Source: Eledone cirrhosa
Taxonomy: Eukaryota
Reading direction: 5' to 3'
Assembly: GCA_964016885.1 (NCBI GenBank)
Contig: CAXHJY010000639.1
Span: 1-64,000 of the forward strand
Length of the DNA: 64,000 bases
Shown here: piece after piece, positions 50,843 to 64,000 of the stretch
How positions within the stretch are numbered: the stretch's first letter is position 1
How the letters are laid out: every line of letters begins with the position of its first letter
Made by a program: the position numbers and the translations under genes
The notes under the pieces: model-generated
Databases searched by the model: none
What the model was told of the DNA's origin: nothing
The model's input: the letters and a program-made list of their open reading frames with translations, nothing else

Positions 50843-53800
50843 ATTATATTATGGATAACTTTCCCAGAAAAAAAACAAAAAACTTTTCTATCTGGAAAAA
50901 AAACTGATTGAAATGTCTTTTATAGATTCTTGTAGTGGAACATTAACTGACAATTTAGTAACCAGCATTCATATATTGTTTTGACTTAGTCATTTTATTT
51001 TTACTTGAAGCACATATAAAGCTAGTTGGCCATGGCATCATTTGAATTTAGAAATGTCATTTAATGCACTGCACATCAATTAAAGGATGAAGTTAGTGTT
51101 AGTAAGCTGTGCCAGTAAGCCAAGGTTGAATTAGTTCAGAGGTTTGTCTACATACACTGTGGCAGAACTGATACAATATGAATTTCCTGCTCTTTAGCTG
51201 GAAGTCACTTAACTAATAGTGTTGTTTGTTTGTTTTCTTGTTTTTCCCCTGCTTATGGAATACCACCAATATGTATGTTAATTTACTGTACTCCTTTTCT
51301 GCAGCAAATGGTCTTGCATCTTGTAAAGGAAAAGAAAATATTTTTGCTCTCTGAATAGTTAGGAAAATGAGTAAAACAGTTGCTGATTTTGTTAATTAGT
51401 TTGGTGCTCAACCTGTCAGTTCAAATCTCACCAGAATTTCTGCTTTTCTCTGCATAAATATTTATGCTATTCAGAGGCAAACTATTTATAAAACATGCCA
51501 GAACATCATCATTGTCATTTTAATGTCCATTTCCTCAGGTTGTTATAAGTTGGCTGATCTACTGTACAACATATTGCCACTCATCTCAGTCTTTAGCTAT
51601 GTTTTGTGAGATCTAACCTCACCACTTCTTTCCAAGTCATCATTTTGTTTTTATTAGGGTTGGGAGGACCCTTTGGTTATAACAACCTCATTAGTGTTGG
51701 TGATCTACATGATAAATGCACCCAGTATACTATGTAAAGGGGTTAGTGTGAGAAAAGGCATGCAGCCACAGAAAAACAGCCAAAGGGTCAAGAGTACTCT
51801 GCTGGTGTCATGATAAAATGCACTCAGTAGAGCACTAGTTTATATCTAAGCAAGATACAGCCCCGCTTGATTGCTGACTTGGTTTAAGAGATGTCCAACC
51901 CTTGCTAGCAGAGAAAATGGATGTTAAATGAAGATAAGGATGATTATTACTCTCTATCAGTGGCATACAATACTTGATGTCCATACCAACACAGATGTCT
52001 GAGTATGGATATCCTCCTAATCTTCTATGTCAAATACTATTTATTGAATCTAAATGTTCTAGGTTATAGCATTTGGTAAAATATTTTATCCCTATTTCTA
52101 TAACTGAAGCTAATGCACCTCCCAACAATTGTGACTTAGATATGCATTTGCTTAGGAATGAGGCAACCCATTACAATACTGATGGATATTTGTCACTGCT
52201 TCTTCACGTGTCTTTTATAGCCTTCTTCTTTTGCAGACTCTTTCCACTTGGATCGCTTGTCACTTCTTCAACTGTTCACCTTCAGTGCAATCTCCTTATT
52301 TGCACACTCCAGCTGATTCCTATTATATATATTTTTTCCCCTCAGTTCAGTTATGCATTATCGTACATGCATGCTAACATTACAAGCCCAGTAGAGTGTG
52401 TGCCACTTTTCTTTCCAGCATTTATACATCCTTTGCATATTCAATACCACACTCCAGTAAGAAAATTAACCACATGGAAACAATATTTTCTCAATATACT
52501 CATCAGATATCATTACTATTACTCAGACAAATCTTAGTTCATTTATATCTGTCAGAATTCTTTCAATAAATTTTCTGCCAACTGCTTTGGTAAATGAAGC
52601 ATACTAAATTATGGTATTAAAATATGGAATAGTCTGCCAATACCTTGGTTCACATTCAGTTTCAAAACCAAACTTTCTTCTTTACCAATTCAGAAAATTA
52701 CTTTCTAAACTTGAAACATTTGCTTGAAATTTCACGCAGCTAACCAGTATACTGATGACACTTCCAACAGATTGAATGAGAGGTGTTCAACATCATCATC
52801 ACCTTTTTATGTCCATACTAATACCAGTTTGTTTGAATGACACAACAGTAGCTGACTAATACTTTGATGCTTTCCACAGATTCAATGATATACCAGTTAT
52901 TTCACTTTGTAAATGTTTCATCACTTCAAAATCTCTACTTCTTTTGAGGTATTTCAAAATGTAGATTTGATGAAACAGTTTCATCTGTTTTTCTGGTTAA
53001 TGTTTATGACTCATATCATCCATCTTCTCTTAGAATATTTAAAGTCTGTATTCATCATATTTATGTGAAGGGTCAATATTGTAACATATTCATCCATAAA
53101 ACATGAGTCATCCTAATCAGTGTGTTATATTTTAATAGAATGTATTAAATATTTATGACTGATTACATTTAGGACAGCTAAATATATATACACATGAATT
53201 GTGTATTTATTATTATAGAAAAATATCTATACAACTTTTTTTATATAGGGTTTTGATATTTATTGTGATATACTGAATAGTTTTATATAGTTTATATGTT
53301 TCAATCCTGAGAAGATTCCATTGAAGTAATTTATCTTATATAGGTGGAGGAGATTGCTCTGAAAGCATAGCTTAAAAACAAGGTGGATTATGTTTAGGGA
53401 GATACTACCTCAATAGGCAACAAATAGCTTTTCTCTCTGAGCAAAGGGTAGATTGTATGATGCCTGCTTGCGAAGGCTGAGGAGAAATGACTAAATCATG
53501 GTCTGTTGGATGTGTAATATTAGTATGCATGAATGACATAGCACAAGTGAGCTGAGAGAAACTGTATAAGAGGAATTGGATGTAGTGTGTAAAAAAGATG
53601 ATTGTAGGATGAAGAGGTGCCAAGAGTCCCCAGTGGAAGGAAGCTGAAGAGAGTAGACAACTAAGTAGATGAAAACCATCCTCAAAAGTAGATCCTTCCA
53701 CATCCTTCACACAACCAAAGTTCATAACAATATCTTCACGTGATTAACTTGCAGGATACAGTTTTAATACATGGTTAAAGTTATTCTGTACTGGGAGATA

Positions 53801-55189
53801 TCAATCCATCACTTCAATGCCTGCAAAACAATCATCAGGAAAGTAAAGGATACTTTTTGCATAGTTCATTCTGCAAGATCAGTTGCTTCCTAAATGACAG
53901 CCAGCTATTCTGTTTTTTTTTACCCAGATGATTTCTATTAGATTAGCAGATTCTTCATGTATACTTCTCAATCAAGGCGTCTCTGTAAGTAGCATTCTTG
54001 ATAAAGTAACCACATTTGCTGCCAATTTTATTTTCACTTTACACACTCAGAAAATACTTTAACCCTTGTCATTTTCTGACCATCAATATGACTTAAGTAA
54101 GATCCACATTAGAATATTTTTTACATATCCAGGCTAGTGCTGTTACTATAGACTCTAATGTCTTAGACAGCATAGAAAAGAAGGTCATTGAACTAATTGA
54201 CAAAGATTTTCTCATCAACATATTACAAACTGACTCTCTGACAGGCTGTTTCTTCTTTATGATTCTTATATCATTGCAACTACAATAGCTTTCTCTCTGA
54301 GGCTCATCCCCTGTTTGGAATTCCCTTTCTATTCAATTTTTATTTTGCAAACATTGACTTACAGAAATTCAAGCTGAGCATCAACCACATATATCTGACC
54401 AATGTCCCAAAGCTCCCCCCAAAAATCTTGCTTATTTTTTTAAACATCTTTAACCCTTATAGCTGAATTTCCAAAATCTTAAATTGACCTTGAAATACAG
54501 ATATTTAATAGAAATTGTTTGTCATCAGCATGGTAAATAATATTGTTATTGTTGTTTTTTTGTCCCAAGTCAACCCTGTCTAACTAGACTTATGATCAAA
54601 ATCACTCCAGCCAAAACTATCTGATCTTTTTTTTCTTCAAAGTATAGTATACCCAATGATAGAGTGTAGTTTAAAAAAGATTTGGCTGCAACTTTTAACA
54701 GGTCAAATGACTCAGTAAATAGTGACTCTATTAGTGTATGCGTATGTATTTTCTCAAATATCATTTTATGATACCTTTTTACACGTCTGTCTAGCTTAAT
54801 TGTGTGGCTCTATTAAACATAAAATTTAAGTACCTATAAAGCACTACTATAACAGTAGTGTGTCTAGTTGAAATAGTTTTCTGTACATATGAAGCTGAAA
54901 TCATTACTTCCTTGATGAATTTGAAGTATTTCATGCATGTATGTAATCCTTCGGTCTTTATATGTTTAGTCACGTATGACTAAATCATAGATTTTCTGGT
55001 TTGATCTATAGATTACTAAGTATTGTGTGAGTTTTCAGTTGTAAATTTCTTTCCTGTAAATATTTCCTATAATTTCTTTGAATGAAAAGCCAGCTTTAAT
55101 AAAATTTTAAATCTTATCTTGCTTCTTCATTCCAATCAGTATATTCCTGGTTGTCTTCATGTGCTCCATTTTTACACAAACTCATATAC

Positions 55190-55355
55190 TTTAGGTGTCG
55201 AATTGGTAGAGTTGTTTGAATGTTAGATAGAATGCTTTGTAGAATTCATTTCGGCTCTCTGCTCTCTGAGTTCAAATTCCGCTGAGGTCAACTTTGCCTT
55301 TCATCCATTCAAGGTTGATAAAAAAAAGTACCAGTCAAGTACTGGGGTTGATTAT
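55190..55355 (+). mobile_element. tRNA-derived SINE (older)
   Basis: tgagttcaaattccgctgaggtcaactttgcctttcatcc..gataaaa..agtaccagt. Confidence 0.75.
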
Positions 55356-55754
55356 TTCTCTATCTCTTTCTCACTTCCTCTCTCTATCCTTAGTGTTGAA
55401 CTCATCATAAGGTTATGGGTTCAAGTCCTGGACAAGTTGATGTGTTGAGTTCTTGAGCAAGACACTTCATTTCATGTTGTTTTTCGTGATAGGATAGGTG
55501 TAAGATGTTAAATTTCATATAAAAATTTTTTCATATTTCTACTATGCATTTCAAACTATGTATTTTTCATATGTCAGACTATGTATTTTAATTAATTTTG
55601 AAAACAATCAACAGTTTGGAAGAATTTAACATTTCCATTATTAAGTTGGTTTAACACAGGGTTTTTACAAAAAATGTGGTGGATGGTTTTAATTTAAATA
55701 TAAACATTTTAAAGCAAGAAGTTTTAAATCATAGAACCAGGGGCAGTTTAATAT

Positions 55755-56190
55755 CATCATCATCATCGTTTAACATCTATCTTCGTTTAACGTCTATCTA
55801 GCTTGGGTTAGACGGGAATTGTCCCACTTGAGGTAAGATTGATTGGGTGACCGTGTCTCGCTCGTATAGGACTGTATCTGGCAGGTTTTCTGCGGCTGGA
55901 TGCCCTTCCTAACACCAATCATATTTACAGTGTTGTCTGGGAGCCTTTTTACTGTGTCTCCTACATGACCACTTTACAGCGTGGACTGGGTGCTTTTTGT
56001 TGTGACACACACCTACATGACCTCTTTAGTTTGGACTGGATGTTCTGTGGTACCAACATAACTTTACAGAGAAAGGGTGGTGTTGGTGGGAGTAGGAGGT
56101 TGGAGTAGGGGTTGTGGGTTGGGGTGTATATTTGGTTAAGAGGTGTCTACTGAATGTAGGTTTAACTTTGTATGGAAGGGAAGGCGATTC
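55755..56190 (-). mobile_element. short non-autonomous RTE derivative
   Basis: Inverted homolog of 31180-31545. Confidence 0.8.
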
Positions 56191-59100
56191 AAAAGGGTTA
56201 ATGCTGTTAATGCTAGAAGACCAATAGCATTTGTATTTGGAGTAATTAGCGATTTTGGTAAAAACAAAGTTTAAGTTATTTTAGTGAAAGGTTCAAAGCA
56301 ACTAAATAAAAATCAGTATGAACCTACTCATTGGAGAAAGTTTTATCTCTGTATTTTTAGAATATCCTTGTAGATTATTTTTAAGGCTTTGGCACACAAA
56401 ATTTAGGTCTTAGGATTTCTTATGATATAAAGACAAACTGAACATTATTCTGAAGTGATAACTGATATATTATCATTATCTAAATCTAATTTGCAATTTT
56501 CTGTGGTCCACCCTGTAAAGGGATTTAGCTACTTATATTTCATGATATATATATAGTATCTTTTGAAGTTATTTAAATTCTGTAAGTATTTCCAAAATGT
56601 GTGTGTGTATAATCTGCTTATAAGGTTGAGTATGTATTTGATTATTTCTAATGTAAAGAATCTACTTAGCTCAAAAATACCAAAAAAGTTTTTAAGTGAA
56701 GCTGCAAGATAATCTATATGATATAGTTTGGGCTCTACTCTCTTAGGATTTTTCTATAAGTGTAAGTAACAGTAAACTTATGTATAAACAGCATACTTAA
56801 CATACACAGCCTTTGATAAGCATTTATTGTTAAATAATGCAGTCTTTGAAAGTAAGGATGCTTTATAGTCCAAAGAATTTTCTAAAAATATTTTTTATTT
56901 AACTAAATTGGTTTTGAAGAAGAAAATGGCAATAAAGGTTCTACTCACTTTGAATCATCACAACTAACATAAAATAAAAATAAATAAAGTGTTTTCTGGA
57001 TGTAGTGTTCCCATAATCTTTGCTTGCGGACTTGCTTTTTAGGATAGGTATCACTTAACTGTCTAGTCTGTTAGTAAATAGCTGGTATAATAATGCTATT
57101 ATATATTCACTATTTTATATACCATGAACAATTAAATACTTGTTTGTTTTTTATTGAACTATCATCATTTTATTAAAAATTAATAATTTTTATTTTGACA
57201 AAAATTGACCCCCCCCCCCCCCCCCGGATTTACTTGTGCCAAATTTCTGGAGGCAACAACTGTTTAAAATGTTTTGTTTTTTTACCTACCAGTATGTGAA
57301 TGGGATTTTCCAAATGAGAAGTATGAAACATCTCAGTCTATTGATTAATATTGTTCTCAAATATCATAACCTTCATTTATGTTGCATTATCTAAAGTGTG
57401 AGAATTTTGAGAAACATTGTATATTGACTAATGTTTCTTTACAATATGTATATATAATACACAAACACATACAGAGAGAGAGAGAGCCCTATTATAGAGA
57501 TAAAGCTGGTTATAGGGAATGACAAACTCCATAATGCTGATTTCACAATAATATATACTCAGTTGAGCTTGGGAATGTAGTAAACAAGAATATAACGCCT
57601 TAGCCTATCTGAGTGGTAAGTAGCTGTGATTGAGTACTAACTTGGACCGGGATGAACCATCCAACAATTGCTAGCAAGGAAAATGAATATTAAATGATGA
57701 TGATATATCTGTATTTCTCTCTCTCTTTCTCATATACCAGGGAAAGCAGATGTTAAATAATAATTATATAAATGATAATTATTTATATATATATCAAAGA
57801 AACAAGAAACAAAGAGGATGTATTAACATAAAGTCGTATTAGATTCATGCTTTAAAAAAGAGAGTGAGTTACATAGTCAATGTATCAGGTATTTGCCCTT
57901 CATCAGGAAAATCACAAAAGGAAAAGGGCAAAGAAAATAAAAAGGAAAGGAGGGGGAGTGGACCAGCATGTGGGTGTGGGGAGTCAAGGTATGAGGTGCA
58001 GGCTTGCAGTTGGTTGTGTATAGGTGGGGTACATATTATGATGAGTGTTAAATGTGTTGTTGGTGGAAGTGTGTGTATGTGTGGGAATGTGTGTACACAT
58101 GCACACAAACATATATATCATCATTATCATCACCGTTTAACATCCATTTTCCACGCTAGCATGGGTTAGATGGGTTGTCCTATTTGAAGCAAGTCAAGGT
58201 CAGATGACCATGTCATATAATGTACTAATCATGTACAGCATATGCATATAATGATACACCCATTGTGTATTATATATAATACATTAGTACCAATGTATTA
58301 CTTAAGTACATAAATAATGTTGAAGGCTTATCCCTCAGGTCCTGTATAGATAGACTGAATACAATCTTAAGAACATTTGGCATGTGACAGTGCTGACTCT
58401 TGGAATTACTGGTACAGTCCATCCAACAGGTTTCCAAACAGTTTCTGTCCACCCAATTTAAATTAGAAGGTATGGATCAACCTGAGGTTATGGTAAATGA
58501 ACTTTAGCCAAAATTTGGTCATGCTACATCCACATTAAGGAATGTATATCAACTTTAGTATGCATTTTATCAAAAAAAATGAATGGCAAAGTGGACCTCA
58601 AGAATTTAAACTCAGAATGTAAAGAAACATACCAACTAAATACCACAAGGTAATTTGTTCAATGCTCTAGTGAATGTGCCATTAACCTGTAGAAAAACAT
58701 TCTTATTTACTTACTGAAAAAGAATGACTAAGGATAATAACTACTACTAAAATGAACAAACAAGGAAACTTCTCTATATCACTTGACCTGCTATAAATAG
58801 CAGCCATATTTCCTTCAGGACACATGAAGGAAATGATCTTACTTCACACACTGAAAAAATTATGGCTTCTTTGATCATAAGCCTGCTAGATCAAGATTAA
58901 CTTGGGGTTAATTAACATCTAGAATGGAACATGTAGAAAAATCAGTCAATATACTCTAGAGTAAACCTTACTCAGTGTTGCTTAAAGACAAAGATATCAG
59001 TTGTTTTCCTCTAACTTTCATTGTGAAATAAATATATTGAACTTGTAAAGTTAACAACCTTGAAATATGGTTGTTATCTTTAATTCACAGCTGGTTGGTA

Positions 59101-59719
59101 ACAGGGAGAAAACTGATATCTTTGATCTATTTTAAGGATTTCTGCATTTGCATACCTACATGCATGCATGGTATTTGACATGGTTTGTGTGTGTGTATGC
59201 TCCGAGTGGTTGTGTGTTAAACCAGTGATCCAACACCGTAGAGACAATAAAATCAGCTAAAGAAATAATAGGTATCCATTCCAGTAAACAAAAATAGAAA
59301 ACATTACCTGATGTTCCACTGGAAATGGGTTGACTAAAATCTGTTCAGCTTTATATTGTTATGGAAGGAAGAAAAAAATATATATCCTTGTGTGTCATAA
59401 GAGGTGACTAAAAAGGTTAGTGTAAGGAGAAGTATTGGGCCTTTAAACACTGCCTCAAAAATCCATCTATATCATGTGAGTATAGAGAATCCACCTTAAC
59501 ATTGATATATATATATATATATACATGTGTGTGTAAAAGAACATGACCTAGTTAGTATTGGACACATGATGATGAGATTGTAGATTCAATTTCTGGGCTT
59601 GGCAGTGTATTATGTTCTTGAATAAATTACTTTATTTGATGTTGTTTCTTTTGCCATCAGCAATTCTCATAGTAAAATATATTAAAGCGTTGCTTCCTTG
59701 GTTTGATCTGTTAAAGCAC

Positions 59720-60100
59720 AGGCAAGGCAGTGGGTTTAAGGATTTCACTTCAAACCATGTCGTTCTGGGTTGAGTCCCATTGCACTGACCCTTGGGAGAA
59801 TGTCTTCTATTATATAACCTTGGCTTGATCAATACCTTTGAGTGGGGTTTGGCAGACAGAAAAGGAAGAAACCCAATATATATATATAGAGAGAGAGTGA
59901 GTGTGTGTGTGTGTGTATTCATGTGCCAATGTCTACATTTATATTTGTGTCTGTGTCTCATAACTTAGTGGTTTGACTAAAAAGTGATTGATAAAATAAG
60001 TACTAAACTTGAAAAAATAAGTAAATGGGCTGATATGATCTAATTCAAAATGGTGCCTCTATATGCCCACGGTCTACTGACTGAAACCAGTAAAAGAATA
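59720..60100 (+). mobile_element. degenerate tRNA-derived SINE with internal microsatellite
   Basis: tRNA-like head similar to 43798-43950; gataaaataagtac core. Confidence 0.55.
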
Positions 60101-60313
60101 CATCCACCCACTTAAGGGAGTCATTTGATAGCTCCAATATGCTTGTGGGCACAGGTTAGATAGCCTAGAAAAAATTTTAATTACACCTTTGAAATATCAG
60201 TGGGGAGTGTTGCCTGGAAATCAATACGGCAAATATGATGCATATGACTTTGTAAGAGGTTAAGATTAATATTTCATGTTTAGCTAAATATAAAGTTTTA
60301 AAATTATTATGTA

Positions 60314-60907
60314 CTAGCAGTGGTACCCGGCGTTGCACGGGATAAGGTATTGTGTAAATATATAACCACCTTAGCTAAGCTTAGTATTGCCACAACCACG
60401 GCTGGCAAAGGAGTAAGGGTCTGGTGGTATGTAAGTAAGCAACACTGTGGCTTAAAACGTGAGGAAGAAGTTGTGTGCACTTACCAACTGTTTGGGGAAT
60501 GAGTGTGAGATTTGTCTTGCGCAAGGGTGGCAGAATAACCGGAGGCAACAGACAGCTAGACATACAGACAGATATAAGGGCGCGTTCTGGACGCAGAGCG
60601 AATTGTAGGAAGTGACGTAATGCAGACAGCCAGACATACAGACAGATATTATAAGGGCGCTACGTTATATGTATGTATCTATCTAAAAAGAGAAAGACTA
60701 AGAATTATAGAGAGAGATCGCTAAATCGCCTAATGCGGTCCCTAGGGCATTGACAATTTGAAATTTTTTTTGCTCAGAACACTCCCTGAAACATAAATAA
60801 GTATTACATGTGTAAAGTTTGAAAACAGTCGGTTGGGTGCTTCTCTAGTTTTAGGGATTCAAACTCACACACACACAGACAGACATCCTCAGTTTTACAT
60901 ATATAGA
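60314..60907 (-). mobile_element. non-autonomous Helitron
   Basis: Minus strand starts A|TCTATAT and ends with hairpin CCCGTGCAACGCCGGG and CTAG|T; no TSD. Confidence 0.85.
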
Positions 60908-61789
60908 TTATTATTAACAAATACCATGTATACTTATGTAACTGTCACACTTCAATTTTACATGCTCAATATAACTTGCACATAAGTTACAAACAGTGTT
61001 TATCAATATAATCAATAGAATAAAATTCCCATCAAAATATCCAAAACTAAACATAATTTTTTCCCCCTCAATATATCTTATAAAACTACATATAAACATA
61101 TCTTTTGGCAGCTCTTAAATTAACCACATGTTAACAAACTCTTCATTCTCTATATTCAATAACTCTATTTTAATAAATGATTGATAAGTTTCAAAAAGCT
61201 GGTAAAATGTAGAAATATATAAAGAACAAAGGATGACAAATAAAACAAAACAAAGTAATGTTTTACCCAGTGTATTTCAACATGATATTTCAGAGGTATT
61301 ACTATCTTTTCAAATGTGAAAATAGAAATGGTTCAAAACAAAAATGAACGAATGATCAATGTGTTCTTCCTTAACTGGTCTATGTGTCTGGATACGCAAA
61401 TGTGAAGCCATTATAGTTGCCAATCTGCTTCATGCATTTCTAATCTATTATTCATCTGTGTTTTTTTTCTGGTGTGAAGTCGTTATAGCAGTCAATCTGC
61501 TTTGTGTATTTCCAATCTCTTATTTATCTATGTTTTTTTCTGGTTGATGATAATGGCCTCTTTGGTTCTTAAATTGCCCACATTCTTTTCTGTCGCCTCT
61601 ATGGTGACCTCATTATCTTGGCTGAGGCACCTGTCAAGTTGTTTTTTAACAGAATAAGCTTTTATTGTCATGTGCTCCTTGATCTGTATGTGCAGAATTC
61701 AGGTCATACTTCCAATGTACGAAGCACTTCAATTTTTTTACATATGACCTTGTAGACCATATTAACAATACAGAAGTGTGCATCAGAGT

Positions 61790-62620
61790 ATGTAGTGACA
61801 TCTTGCTGTGTCCTTATCAACAAGGTTCTCCACAACACAACTGAACCCATTGTGATGGGGGAACGTAAGGTGGCCTATGCAACATGGAACCAGCTCAGCC
61901 TCCACCCTGTGAACATGCATCCTCCTCTCCCCTCCGTAGATATTCAGTCCTCTCAAGCTGACTCTACAAGCACCGTCTGGCAAGTTTTTGCTCAGCCTCT
62001 CAACCCTTCAGTGGAGCCTGTCTCAACACAGTTCCATCACTTTCGACTGGTACTCAGCTGGATGGCGACTGCTTGCACATCAGTGTTTTCCTGAGGTTCG
62101 GCCTCTGGGTCTGTCAGCCTCATGAAGGCTGCTGCAGTACCACTGTGGATCCTTTCGGTCTCCACTCACTGTCATGCCGTTACAGTGCTAGTCCCCTCCC
62201 ATGCCATGCTGCTCTCAACAAGATCATAAAGCATGGCCACAGGCTTTCTTTCCCAGCTTGAGCTAGCAGAGCTGGACCGATGGAACAGCAAAAGGCCAAA
62301 CAGCATGACAATCTTCCTGTTCTGTGGAGTTAGGCCCCTCATCTAGGATGCTGCATGCTGTGACACCTTCTCTAGTAGCAACCTGGGGCATTTGGCTACC
62401 GGCCAAGTATCACTGCTTTCTGATAGGTTTGTGGTAAAGCCTGTAACAGTGAGACTTCTGGTGTACTTAGCTCCTGGACCACATCCCTGCTCACTGCTAT
62501 TGGAGTGGAGTTGGCTGCCCACAGATGCAAGCCCCACAAGGTGGAGTGGGTGTTTCAGCGCATCTCCCTTGCCATCTTCTGGGGTAATGAATTCTCCATC
62601 CTGTCAGCCATGACCAAGAG
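61790..62620 (+). mobile_element. second, more decayed CRE-type element 3' part
   Basis: Colinear similarity to 38090-38985 (tcctcatcaaca.ggttct; aaaaggcca.a..gcatgac; gagacttctggtgt; ttctccatcctgt). Confidence 0.8.
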
Positions 62621-64000
62621 GCGGAGGGTAAGTTAGTTGGAGGTGGAGGATTCAGACGTCACACATACACCCATACTCGACCACTTACACAGTCCAACGA
62701 GTTAGTTAATATAGTTTAAAATGTGCTATTATGGCATGAAGGTAAACAAAACATAAAAGAAATATTTGTGGACTGCTAGCTATTGAGAGCCATGATAATA
62801 ATATATAAAATATAATGTTTTTAACAGAAATATATTCTTATGTTATATTATTTTCATTTCACCAAATTATAAGTAACCATAAACGTGTTTTGAGCTATTT
62901 AAAGCACTGCCAGCTAACATCATATACAACGTTGAATAGTTGCTTTTGATCATATATACAATGTACCATATATTTTGAATTAAGATTTTGCAGGTCCAGT
63001 AGATAAGCTATATGTTGGTTTTTGTGTCGTATTTTCATAAAAAACAAGTGTGACATATATAAGAACTATATATTTACTCTGCTACTTTATTGATTATGTC
63101 TAAATACTTATGACTCACACACACACATACCTGTGTTTGTGTATGTATATAATATATATATAATGGGTTTTAAATGATGATGATGATGATATATCTGCCT
63201 GTGTGTTAGTTTCTGGTGTTTAGCCAATTAAAATTCAGCAGAAATGTGTGGAATTTGTGTCTAGAATAATTGAATATAATCACTGAATATCAATTGCCTG
63301 TTTGTGCTAATATACAAAGTAAAACCGAGTATTTATGAATGAATTTTATATTATGTAATGCTATTATATAATATAGTAATTGAGATTTCTTTGGGTTTGT
63401 TTTTTAGATTTTTGTTGTGATCCAAGTAGTTGTTGAAACATTTAATTCCAATTATTAAAATATTAGATATATATCTAAGCTATTTTGACATGATAATTTT
63501 TTTAAAAAAATAAACAGATTATTTAGATATTTCTTTAAATTACCAGTTTTTCAACTATTTAAAAAAAAGTAATTAACATTGTTATAATAGCTTTAGAATA
63601 TTTATCTTATTAACAAAATAACCCATTTAACGTTTTTGTTATATGCTGAATAATATAGCTTTATATGACTTCACAATAAACATATTTTTACTTTTTTAAT
63701 ACAACCTGCATAAAACTGCCCCTGGTTCTATGATACAAAACTGCTTATTTTTCTATTTGTAAAAATCTTTGATTATTTTTATGATAGTTTTTATTAAGAT
63801 ATGTTCTAAACACTAACTTACTAATGAAAAGTTAACTATTTTATTAAATTTTTACAAAAGTTTTATTTTAAAAATTAATTGACTCACATTTCATTAGGTA
63901 ACAAAAAAATTAAATTAATCATTTCTAATAGAAGAGAAATTCAACTGTTGCAACACATTTTCATTTGTCAGTCACTTTTTTCATTGTCCAAAACTAAAAC

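Noticed and set aside
59288-59320. Possible minus-strand micro-exon (ILVNPFPVEHQ|gtaatg)
   Set aside because: Ambiguous acceptor, too short to support, no partner exons.

Overview
Eukaryotic, AT-rich, repeat-dense DNA. The long (TA)n tracts and the SINE/LINE families suggest a cephalopod (Octopus-type) genome; this is inference. No host protein-coding exon could be supported. All long ORFs are retroelement or transposon remnants, or microsatellite artefacts. Identified elements: a rearranged Tx1/L1-clade LINE complex (13.6-19.4 kb), two Dong/R4-type and two CRE-type restriction-like-endonuclease LINEs, CR1, RTE, BovB-like and Expander-like LINE fragments, a Neptune-type Penelope element, Gypsy remnants, mariner, a hAT MITE, a non-autonomous Helitron and many tRNA-derived SINEs. 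A CpG-retaining segment at about 25.3-28.8 kb looks like a divergent promoter, so both flanks may be intronic. Most interesting signals: (1) a ~48-nt tandemly repeated H-type pseudoknot plus hairpin, with compensatory changes, in the RTE 5' UTR and its short derivatives; (2) several hammerhead ribozyme motifs, one with a fully canonical core; (3) a ~9-kb chain of unrelated retroelements joined by (TAA)n tracts; (4) a shared 3' end linking the SINE to the Tx1-like LINE; (5) several perfect or near-perfect palindromes. All alignments and RNA folds were done by eye.
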